DNA of 64,000 nucleotides, taken from the NCBI GenBank assembly GCA_964639835.1, contig CAZXEG010000001.1:1223-65222 (forward strand), read 5' to 3'. Under the pieces are notes generated by a model. It saw nothing but the letters and a program-made list of their open reading frames with translations. It was not told where the DNA came from and made no database searches. Position 1 is the first letter of the stretch; each line of letters begins with the position of its first letter. The DNA comes from an uncultured Candidatus Saccharibacteria bacterium (lineage in GTDB: Bacteria; Patescibacteriota; Saccharimonadia; Saccharimonadales; Saccharimonadaceae). Positions 18,038 to 26,197 of the stretch are shown here, in pieces. Position numbers and translations under genes: made by a program.

Positions 18038-19516
18038 ATGAAAAAAATTTTGACTTATTTAGTAGTGATGGCGGTGGTGGTTTGTGGTGGGGTATTTCGG
18101 GTTTTTAGTGGCGCCTTTGATACGGCGGCGCGGGCAGAGGGTGGTGATGAAGCGCTCGAGTCCTTGCCGGAATTTTACATCAAGGCAGTCAACCCTGGGT
18201 ACACGGTGGATGGAGTAAATAACGTTGGAGAGATGATTGAGATTGCACGTAGACGCTCCGACGAGGCTAGCGAGGGGGCTAGCAATTTGGTTTCGCTCGC
18301 TGGTTTGAAAGTAAGCTATACTAATTCAAGCGGAAATGAGGTGATTTTGGCCGAATTTTCCGAGTACATCAAGATGGCCGGCGAGACTATCCTCCTCCGT
18401 TTTGCCAGCTCGCCTGAGAGCGAGCTGGCAAATGGTACTTACAGCAAGACGCTAGCGTTTAAGGCGGGGCCGCTAGCGCTCTGGCGAGGTGAGGAGGTAC
18501 TGGATACGGTATGTTGGACGGGGAAGGAGGGCTGTGCGAGGGAATTTCGTTCGGCGGAGCCGACGAGTTTAGTGCGGAATCTGGCGACGGGGGAGTTTGA
18601 GCATGTGGCTGTGTACGAACCGGAGTATAATACGGAGGCTCTGGTGGACGAGTTGCCACCAGATGACGCGGAGAATGGGGGCGCGGATGATTATTCCGGT
18701 GAGGCTGGCGGTTCTGGCGGTTTTGGCGGTGGTCAGTGTAGGGGAGTGGTGTTTTCGGAGATACTGAGCTACTATGAGGAGTCTAGGGAGGAGCAGTTTG
18801 TGGAATTTTACAATACAGGGGCGGAGCAGGTGCTACTTGATGGGTGTTTCTTGCGGTATAAGAAGAAGACGTACCCTTTGAGCGGTATTGTGAAGCCGGA
18901 GGGGTATGCGGTGCGGTGGGCGACGGATTTTGCGTTGACGAAGAATCCGTCGTCGACGAATTTGTTGGAACTTTTGGATGGTAGTGGCGTGGTGGTGGAT
19001 GCGCTGGAGTATCCGAATGGACAGCGGAAGGGAACGTCTTATGCAATGGTGGGGTATGGTGAGGATGGCGAGGAAATGTGGCGGGTGACGTATGCGCCGA
19101 CGCCAGGGGAGCCGAATAATTACCAGGAATTTCGGAGTTGTGCGGAGGGGAAGGTGATTAACGAGGCGACGGGAAATTGTGTGAAGGTGACGGAAGTGAC
19201 AGAGAAGGTTTGTGCGGAGGGGCAGTATTTGAATTTGTTGACTGGGAGGTGTAAGAAATATGACACGGAAACGGCGACGGTGTGTAAAGAAGGGTACGAG
19301 CTGAATCCGGAGACGGGGCGGTGTCGGAAGATCAAGGAAAATACGGGGACGGATTACGCCTTGGTGCCGGAAACTTATGAGGAAGGGACGTCGTTTGTGG
19401 CGGTGACGGCGGTGCTTGTGGTGGTGGCGCTGGGACTTTTGTATGTGGGATGGGAATTTCGGCGAGATATCGCAAAAGGATGGAGATGGGTGATGGAAAA
19501 AATACGATGGAGGTGA
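18038..19516 (+). CDS. Surface protein with lamin-tail-like domains, three Cys repeats and a C-terminal TM
   Basis: Signal peptide, FSEIL..EQFVEFYN, TPGEPN, CxEGxxxNxxTGxC x3, TM plus basic tail. Confidence 0.65.
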   Translation: MKKILTYLVVMAVVVCGGVFRVFSGAFDTAARAEGGDEALESLPEFYIKAVNPGYTVDGVNNVGEMIEIARRRSDEASEGASNLVSLAGLKVSYTNSSGNEVILAEFSEYIKMAGETILLRFASSPESELANGTYSKTLAFKAGPLALWRGEEVLDTVCWTGKEGCAREFRSAEPTSLVRNLATGEFEHVAVYEPEYNTEALVDELPPDDAENGGADDYSGEAGGSGGFGGGQCRGVVFSEILSYYEESREEQFVEFYNTGAEQVLLDGCFLRYKKKTYPLSGIVKPEGYAVRWATDFALTKNPSSTNLLELLDGSGVVVDALEYPNGQRKGTSYAMVGYGEDGEEMWRVTYAPTPGEPNNYQEFRSCAEGKVINEATGNCVKVTEVTEKVCAEGQYLNLLTGRCKKYDTETATVCKEGYELNPETGRCRKIKENTGTDYALVPETYEEGTSFVAVTAVLVVVALGLLYVGWEFRRDIAKGWRWVMEKIRWR

Positions 19517-19517
19517 C

Positions 19518-20132
19518 TTAGGACAGAGATTTTGTGTAGAGCTGGTCTATGATGTCGGCAAAGACTTGCTCGCGAGTTTGGTTCCCGTCAATGGCGATGA
19601 GGAGGCCAAGGTCGCGGTAGTGTTCAAGGACGGGGAGGGTCTTTTCCTGGAACTCTTCGAGACGGGTTTTGAAAACTTCTGGGTCGTTATCGTCGGTGCG
19701 GTGGCCACGGTCGTTTAAGGTTTTGGCGGCGTCGAAGCGCGTGATGGCGACTTCTCTAGTGAGATCTAGGAGAATGACGGCCTTAATTTCGTGGCCAGCG
19801 CTGGCGGCGGTGGTCATGACTGTGTCTTCCTCGCCGGACCAGCGACCGATAGAAGAGAGAACGAGTGGAAAATCGCGCAAATCTTTGCGTTCAAAGTAGG
19901 GTAAGACCCAATCGTAGAAAACATTGGTGGGGATGAGGGCGCCGTTTCCGGTGAGATCTTGGTGGGTTTCGGCTTCTCTTTTACGGATGATGAGGCCAGA
20001 GGAGAGGAATTTGGCGCTGATGGCTTCGGCGAGCTTGAGGCCCTGAGTGTCCTTGCCAGACATGGGGAGGCCGAAGAAATTGATGGAGCCGGTGCCGAGC
20101 CAAGATTTGATTTGTGCGATTTTGTCTTCCAT
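19518..20132 (-). CDS. adk: Adenylate kinase / NMP kinase
   Basis: GLPMSGKDTQG P-loop, GALIP, RTDDND...RLEEFQEKTLPVLEHY, IDGNQTREQVF; start at MEDK. Confidence 0.8.
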   Translation of the reverse strand: MEDKIAQIKSWLGTGSINFFGLPMSGKDTQGLKLAEAISAKFLSSGLIIRKREAETHQDLTGNGALIPTNVFYDWVLPYFERKDLRDFPLVLSSIGRWSGEEDTVMTTAASAGHEIKAVILLDLTREVAITRFDAAKTLNDRGHRTDDNDPEVFKTRLEEFQEKTLPVLEHYRDLGLLIAIDGNQTREQVFADIIDQLYTKSLS

Positions 20133-20171
20133 ATTATTATAATAGCACAGTTTTGGTGCTCGGGTGCAACA

Positions 20172-20198
20172 TTGGCAGACTTGCAATTTGAGTGCTAA
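20172..20198 (+). promoter_or_regulatory. CIRCE operator (degenerate left arm) over the hrcA promoter
   Basis: TTGGCAGAC-N9-GAGTGCTAA versus consensus TTAGCACTC-N9-GAGTGCTAA; overlaps TTGCAA -35. Confidence 0.75.
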
Positions 20199-20215
20199 TT
20201 TTGTATAATGGGGGT

Positions 20216-20938
20216 ATGGAAATAACTGAGCGACAGAGACAGATTCTCGAGGCGATTGTCGAGGAGTACGCCGAGACAGCGGCGCCGGTGGGGAGCGTGA
20301 CGATTCGGAAGCTTTTTGAGGTGTCGCCAGCGACGATTCGGGCAGAGATGGCACGGCTGGAAGTGCTGGGGCTGATTGCGCAACCTTATACTTCGGCGGG
20401 GCGGGTGCCGACGGATGCGGGGTATCGGTATTATGTGAACCATATGAGTGGTAACGAGAGTGAAGTGGCGGAAGGGTCGACTTTGGAGCGGGGTGCGCAT
20501 GCGCTGGAGGTGCGGGTGGCGTCGCAGTCGCGGGCGGATGCAGCGATTCGGGGGGCGGTGGATGCTTTGGTGGATCTAACCGGGAACTTGGGGCTGGCGA
20601 CGGTGGATGGACAGTTGTACCTCTCGGGACTGACGCGGCTATTTATGCAACCGGAGTTTGGTGATACTAGGCGAGTGCAGTCGGTGGCGAAGCTTCTGGA
20701 TAATTTGGAGCCGTGGCTTCGGGAGGCAGCGCCGGGGGAGGCTTTAAATATCTTCATTGGGCATGAGAACCCGATCGGGAAGAATTCGGAGGCGTCTTTG
20801 ATTGTGTCGAGGTTTAAGTCGCCGTTTTCGGATCGGAGCTATATCGGGGTGCTGGGGCCGACGCGACAGAATTACGCGCGGGTGACGGCGCTGGTGAAGC
20901 ATGCGGGGGCGGTGCTAGAGGAAATGTTATATAGGTAA
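20216..20938 (+). CDS. hrcA: Heat-inducible repressor HrcA (short form)
   Basis: ITERQRQILEAIVEEY, PVGS, SPATIRAEM, SAGRVPTDAGYRYYV, GVLGPTRQNY. Confidence 0.92.
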   Translation: MEITERQRQILEAIVEEYAETAAPVGSVTIRKLFEVSPATIRAEMARLEVLGLIAQPYTSAGRVPTDAGYRYYVNHMSGNESEVAEGSTLERGAHALEVRVASQSRADAAIRGAVDALVDLTGNLGLATVDGQLYLSGLTRLFMQPEFGDTRRVQSVAKLLDNLEPWLREAAPGEALNIFIGHENPIGKNSEASLIVSRFKSPFSDRSYIGVLGPTRQNYARVTALVKHAGAVLEEMLYR

Positions 20939-20946
20939 GGAGGAAA

Positions 20947-21420
20947 ATGAAAGACAAGAAAAAAGTAACGGAAAATGAGGCAGGTGCGAAACAGGCGGGC
21001 GATGGAGCGCAAGATGCGCGAGTGGCGGAGCTTTTGGCGAAAAATGCGGAGATGTTGAATGATTTGCAACGGACGCGGGCGGATTTTGAGAATTACCGGA
21101 AGCAGGTGGAGTCGCAAAGAGAGGTGGCAGCGAGTGCGGCGCGGATGGCGACGGTGTATAAAGTGCTGGGGCTTTTAGATGATATCGATAGGGCGATTTC
21201 TACCTATGATGAATTGAAACCACTAGAGAAGACTTTGGAGAAGACGCTAAAAGAACTGACGCTTGCGAAGATTCCGGCGGAGGTGGGGCAGGAATTTAAC
21301 CCGGATTGGCACGAGGCAGTGATGGCGGAAGGGGACGAAGGAAAAATTGCGGAAGTTTTGCGCCCGGGGTACATCTATAATGGCGAAGTGCTAAGGCCGG
21401 CGATGGTGAAAGTTTGTTAA
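20947..21420 (+). CDS. grpE: Nucleotide exchange factor GrpE
   Basis: RTRADFENYRK, FNPDWHEAV, RPGY..NGEVLRPAMVKV. Confidence 0.93.
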   Translation: MKDKKKVTENEAGAKQAGDGAQDARVAELLAKNAEMLNDLQRTRADFENYRKQVESQREVAASAARMATVYKVLGLLDDIDRAISTYDELKPLEKTLEKTLKELTLAKIPAEVGQEFNPDWHEAVMAEGDEGKIAEVLRPGYIYNGEVLRPAMVKVC

Positions 21421-22641
21421 TTACCCTTTAGGGAGAATTTCGGTGAGGAATTCGGGCAAGTAGACTTTCTTGATACCGTCTTGGTTTTCTCCCCAATCTC
21501 TATCTAGCGTGAGGACGTATTTCGGGTAGTTATCTGAGATGCCTGCAAAGGCGCCGAATTCTCGCTCGATGGTCTTTGGTTCGGTCATGGTGAGTGCGAC
21601 TTGCAAATATAGTTTTTCTCCGTTTTTTTCGGCGACAAAATCGATTTCTTGCTCGTTGTTCTTGCCCACGTATACGGTGTAGCCGTACGAAATTAATTCG
21701 TTATAGACTATGTTTTCTAAGATTCCCGGTTGCATCGAAGCGTGACGGCCGTTGATAGCGAATAGGAGCCCGATGTCGCCGAGGAAGATTTTTTCATTTG
21801 ATTTCAGGATGGCTTTGCCGCGGAGATCGTATCGGTGGGCTCGCGAGATTACGTAGACTTCTTCTAGCCAGTCTAAGTAGTTATAGACTGTCTCGGGTTT
21901 GAGGGTGCGCTGTTCTGATTTGAGGTAGTCGATGATAGACTTACCGGAGAAATTGTTGCCGATGTTGTCGAAGATGTATTTGATGACCCGGGATAAAAGT
22001 TCTGTGTTGCGGATGCCTTTACGCTCTACGAGGTCTTGAAAAAGGATGGAGTTATAAATGTCTTTGACGATGCCGTCGCTCTGCTCTAGGGTGTAATCGG
22101 CGATATGTACAAGCGGGAAGCCACCTCTTTGCATGTAGGTAGCGAACCCTGCGTCGAGACTGCTTACTGCTCGCCCCTTGGCGCGCTCGAATGCTAGGTA
22201 TTCTGAGAAATTTAATGGTAATACGCGGATGTTGATGTACCTACCGGTGAGCAGAGTCGATAACTCGCTGGAAAGTAGCTTGGAGTTGCTACCAGTGAGG
22301 TAGATGTCTACGTCCTTTTCGGCGAGGAGACCGTTGATGACGATTTCCCAGTTTTCGATGTTTTGGATTTCGTCGAAGAGCAAGTAGTGCCGGCCGTCAC
22401 CCGCAAGAATGCCGTCGATGAGACGCATAAACTCTGCTTGCGTGCGAACGTTTAAATATGAGTATTGCTCAAAATTGATATGCACAACTTTTTCGGTGGG
22501 GACGCCGCGCTTTACGATGAGCTCCTTGACTTGCTCTAGTACGGTGGACTTACCGCCACGGCGGATGCCCACTAAAATTTTAACTAGTGGCTGATCGATG
22601 TAGGGCTCGATTTTCTTTAAATACAATGGTCGTTCTATCAT
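21421..22641 (-). CDS. AAA_14 / DUF4143-type ATPase
   Basis: GIRRGGKS, LLFDEIQ, YLTGSNS, RGGFP, ENIVYNEL, EIDFVA..LQV PD-(D/E)xK-like tail. Confidence 0.85.
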   Translation of the reverse strand: MIERPLYLKKIEPYIDQPLVKILVGIRRGGKSTVLEQVKELIVKRGVPTEKVVHINFEQYSYLNVRTQAEFMRLIDGILAGDGRHYLLFDEIQNIENWEIVINGLLAEKDVDIYLTGSNSKLLSSELSTLLTGRYINIRVLPLNFSEYLAFERAKGRAVSSLDAGFATYMQRGGFPLVHIADYTLEQSDGIVKDIYNSILFQDLVERKGIRNTELLSRVIKYIFDNIGNNFSGKSIIDYLKSEQRTLKPETVYNYLDWLEEVYVISRAHRYDLRGKAILKSNEKIFLGDIGLLFAINGRHASMQPGILENIVYNELISYGYTVYVGKNNEQEIDFVAEKNGEKLYLQVALTMTEPKTIEREFGAFAGISDNYPKYVLTLDRDWGENQDGIKKVYLPEFLTEILPKG

Positions 22642-22691
22642 GTTACTCCTTAAAATAATTTTAGCAAAAGAGGGCGCTTATGTCAAGTTTT

Positions 22692-22749
22692 TCACCCTAT
22701 AGGGTAAAAATTTGGGGATTTTGTGGTGGCTTTTACCTGTATAGGGTGA
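22692..22749. promoter_or_regulatory. Nested dyad between divergent promoters (operator candidate)
   Basis: TCACCCTATAGGGTAAAA ... TTTTACCTGTATAGGGTGA; left arm itself palindromic (ACCCTATAGGGT). Confidence 0.5.
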
Positions 22750-22771
22750 CAAATTTTGATGAAAAAAGTGG

Positions 22772-22800
22772 TTGCGGGGGCGGAGGATTAATGGTACAAT
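22772..22800 (+). promoter_or_regulatory. Promoter of the FISUMP gene
   Basis: TTGCGG-17-TACAAT. Confidence 0.65.
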
Positions 22801-22806
22801 GGTAGT

Positions 22807-22960
22807 ATAAAAGTTTGACGACTAAGTGTACATTAGATGGAATTAGCGAGTTAGTTCGACAGTATAAATCAGCACCAGTAGGTACTATTTGCTGTTGAAA
22901 CGCTTGTTCTCAATGACACTTAGTCGTCAAAGCCTACGGGTGCTGATTTGTATGTTGGCC
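22807..22960 (+). ncRNA. Highly structured 5' leader (candidate cis-regulatory RNA)
   Basis: 22814-22829 pairs perfectly with 22916-22931; about 22857-22882 pairs with 22933-22957; the two helices cross. Confidence 0.5.
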
Positions 22961-22997
22961 TCGTGAGAAAATTAATAAAAACATAGGAGGTCCGGAC

Positions 22998-25337
22998 GTG
23001 AAAGTCATACATACAAAATTTGGTTATCGCTGGGTAGCGAAAGTGCTGGGAGGCTGTGGGATGCTGGCGCTTTGTGCGCTGGGCGTGCTGGAGGTGCTTG
23101 GTGGTGGCAATGCTTATGCTACGAACATGGACTTTTCGATCAATGTCAGGCCTTCTGCTAGTATTACGGTCCCTTCTAACCCGGTGAATTTGTCTATTAA
23201 CCCTGGGAGTAGTGCCTTTAGTTCTGCTACACTGAATATAGAAGCTGGGACTAGCTATGATAATGGCTATACTATTATTATGCAATCCGGTCATAATGCT
23301 AGTGAGATTAGTAACTATAATCTTGTTAATACTACTGATTCTAGCTCTGTAATTCCTATGTTAACTACTACTTATACGGAAGCCAACTTCCCTGCTAACT
23401 ATTGGGGAGTAAAAGTAGGTAGTGGTAACTATGGTGGTATCGGTACTAATGGAGCCATCACTTCTACCAATACTAAAGGTGGTAGTACTGTACCAGTAAC
23501 TCTAGCTGCTAAAGTAGACTATACTAAACCAGCTGGTGATTATACTACTACACTAAACTTCTCCATTGTAGCTAATGTAGATAGTAGTGCTAGTATCACT
23601 AACTTTACCTACATGCAAGACGTTGCAAATCTCTCCTCTACCGAAAGACAGGCAGTAGTAGATGGCATGGTAGAATCAAAGACCTATACCCTAAAAGATA
23701 GCCGTGACCAGCAAGATTATACCATCGCCAAACTTAAAGATGGAAAAGTGTGGATGACGAAGAACTTAAATCTGGCTGGTGGCACTACCCTAACTTCTGA
23801 TGATACTGATATGCCAAGTGGTTATGCTTTGCCTACTGCTAATGGATTCCAATCTGGCAATAAACTCCCAGCTTCGGAAACCATTTCAAGCGGTACTACG
23901 CTGGCAAATAGTTCAGCATTTAGTGACAATGCCACCGCGTATGTTTTTAATAGCAATAACACTACTTGTAGTTCATCCTCGCCTTGTTATAGCTATTATT
24001 CTTGGGCTACTGTTACCCTTGGCTCCGGAACGGGGGTCAGTACGGATGGCGAGGATGTTCCTTATAGTATCTGCCCGAAAGGCTGGAGGTTACCTACATC
24101 AGGCAACCAAATCACCGACAATGCCAATAACTGGAAAAAAGGCGACCTCTATGCCCTCGGCACTGCATACGGGGCCAACTTGGAAAACAGCTACTACGAT
24201 AACTCCGTTACGACTGGCGCCAACTTCTATAATAATGCCGGGCCGGACGCCACCGTACCGAACTTTTTACCTGCAGGCAACTATTATTCTAGTTTGTTTG
24301 ACTATGGTGGTGACTATGGACTATATTGGTCATCCACTGTTAGTTCGTCTACCAGCGCATACAATCTTCACTTCACTTCCAGCAATATGGATTCAGCCGT
24401 AAGTAGTGATCGTAGTACCGGCAGGGGGGTTCGTTGTATATTGGACGCAAACGCGCCGACGATTGAGGATCTTGGAACGATGCAAGATTTTGCTAGCCTC
24501 GATACCTACGACAAGCAATCCGTCGTAAATAGCATGGCTATGGAAACTAATTACACTTTGAAGGACAGCCGCGACGACCAAGATTATACCATTGCCAAGT
24601 TGAAAGATGGTAAGGTCTGGATGACTAAGAACCTAAACCTAGCTGGCGGTACGAAGCTTAACTCTACCACTACGGATATGGCGGATGATTACGTGATGCC
24701 AACTGCAAATGGGTTCCAGGCCGATAATACCTTGCCAGCTTCGGCTACCAAGAATACGGGCGACAATAACCTGACTGATAGTACTCAGTTCAACATTAAT
24801 ACTATGGCGTACGTATTTAACTCTGGTACTACATCGGGTTGTGGTGCGAGTGGGCAGAACGTGCCTTGCTATAGCTACTATTCCTGGACGGCGGCGACAC
24901 TTGGCTCTGGCGTAGACATTTCGGCTGATGGTACGAGTGCGTCTTATAGCATCTGTCCGAAGGGCTGGAAATTGCCAACTGCGACGACAGAAGATGTCTC
25001 GCGAGACAATGGTGGCTACACCGGTGGTGATTTCTACAAGCTGATTATGCCTTATATGAATGGCGCTACATCGCTTAACCGAGGCTACTATGACAATACT
25101 AACCCGAATCCATTTACTACGAATGCTGGTCCTGGCACGCTTGCGTCGTTCCTGCTCGCCGGCGGCTACAATACCGGCTTGCTCTACAATGGAGGTTCCA
25201 TCGGCGACTATTGGTCTTCTACTTCTAGATCTGCTACCTTTGCCTATAGTCTCACTTTCCTTTCTGACGTCGTGTATTCAGCCAATATCGCTTATCGCGC
25301 CGTCGGTAGCTCTGTTAGGTGTATGCTCGCGGATTAG
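22998..25337 (+). CDS. Surface protein with two Fibrobacter succinogenes major paralogous (FISUMP, CLec-fold) domains; candidate DGR target
   Basis: Duplicated YTLKDSRDxQDYTIAKLKDGKVWMTKNLNL, CPKGWxLP, YWSST...VRC; GTG start after AGGAGG. Confidence 0.85.
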   Translation: MKVIHTKFGYRWVAKVLGGCGMLALCALGVLEVLGGGNAYATNMDFSINVRPSASITVPSNPVNLSINPGSSAFSSATLNIEAGTSYDNGYTIIMQSGHNASEISNYNLVNTTDSSSVIPMLTTTYTEANFPANYWGVKVGSGNYGGIGTNGAITSTNTKGGSTVPVTLAAKVDYTKPAGDYTTTLNFSIVANVDSSASITNFTYMQDVANLSSTERQAVVDGMVESKTYTLKDSRDQQDYTIAKLKDGKVWMTKNLNLAGGTTLTSDDTDMPSGYALPTANGFQSGNKLPASETISSGTTLANSSAFSDNATAYVFNSNNTTCSSSSPCYSYYSWATVTLGSGTGVSTDGEDVPYSICPKGWRLPTSGNQITDNANNWKKGDLYALGTAYGANLENSYYDNSVTTGANFYNNAGPDATVPNFLPAGNYYSSLFDYGGDYGLYWSSTVSSSTSAYNLHFTSSNMDSAVSSDRSTGRGVRCILDANAPTIEDLGTMQDFASLDTYDKQSVVNSMAMETNYTLKDSRDDQDYTIAKLKDGKVWMTKNLNLAGGTKLNSTTTDMADDYVMPTANGFQADNTLPASATKNTGDNNLTDSTQFNINTMAYVFNSGTTSGCGASGQNVPCYSYYSWTAATLGSGVDISADGTSASYSICPKGWKLPTATTEDVSRDNGGYTGGDFYKLIMPYMNGATSLNRGYYDNTNPNPFTTNAGPGTLASFLLAGGYNTGLLYNGGSIGDYWSSTSRSATFAYSLTFLSDVVYSANIAYRAVGSSVRCMLAD

Positions 25338-25346
25338 CGGGCAGTA

Positions 25347-25414
25347 GATAATTACCTCCCCGGTACCCACAAGTTCCGACCTCAACGCTTGCGGGTGCCG
25401 GAGAGGTAATTATC
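25347..25414. other. 27-bp stem-loop just after the FISUMP stop
   Basis: GATAATTACCTCCCCGGTACCCACAAG / CTTGCGGGTGCCGGAGAGGTAATTATC, 14-nt loop, no U-tract. Confidence 0.75.
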
Positions 25415-25494
25415 CGGTGGTAGCGCAAGGGGTTTACAATTTGGGGTTTTGGTGGTAGAATTAAGAGAAGTTAAAAGTAGAAAAAGGAAACTAA

Positions 25495-26172
25495 ATGGCT
25501 GAGTATAAGTTGACGCTAGAGAAGCGTGAGATAACAGGCAAGAAATTAAAGGGGCTAAGAGCGGAAGGGATGATTCCGTCGGTGGTGTACGGAGATATCA
25601 AGCCGACTTTGGCGATGAGTGAGTACGTGGCGACGGAGAAGGTGCTGCTTGGTGCAGGGTATCACTCCCCGATCGATCTAGACATCGCAGGGAAGAAGCA
25701 ACTAGCAATCGTAAAAGACGTGCAGGTTGACCCGGTGACGCGGAAGATCGTTAACATCGAATTCCAGGCGGTCTCGGCGAACGAAGCAGTGGTGGCGACG
25801 ACGCCAATCGTGATTGTGAACTTTGAAGCATCGGAAGCGTCGAAACTTTATCACTTTGCGATGACGCAAGCGATAGAGGAGATCGACGTAAAGGCGAAGC
25901 CGGCGGATCTACCGAAAGAGCTTGAGGTGGATGCAGGATTCATGAAGGATGTGGATGATAAGATCGTAATTGCGGACATTAAGCTACCGAACGGGGTGGA
26001 GCTGGCCGATAAGGAGCTCTTCGCAGAGCAGGTGGTAGCATCGCTCTACGACCCGGCGGCAGAGGCGGCGGCGCGGGAAGCCGAGAATGAAAAGCCAGAG
26101 GTAGAAGCGGCGGATGTGCCAGCAGAAAACGGTGCGAAACCGGAAGAGAACAAGGAAGCTTCGCAAGAGTAG
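25495..26172 (+). CDS. rplY: 50S ribosomal protein L25 / Ctc
   Basis: REITGKKLKGLRAEGMIPSVVYG, VQVDPV, IEEIDVKAKPADLP, acidic tail. Confidence 0.92.
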   Translation: MAEYKLTLEKREITGKKLKGLRAEGMIPSVVYGDIKPTLAMSEYVATEKVLLGAGYHSPIDLDIAGKKQLAIVKDVQVDPVTRKIVNIEFQAVSANEAVVATTPIVIVNFEASEASKLYHFAMTQAIEEIDVKAKPADLPKELEVDAGFMKDVDDKIVIADIKLPNGVELADKELFAEQVVASLYDPAAEAAAREAENEKPEVEAADVPAENGAKPEENKEASQE

Positions 26173-26197
26173 TAAAACAATTATAGTGTTGTAAAAA

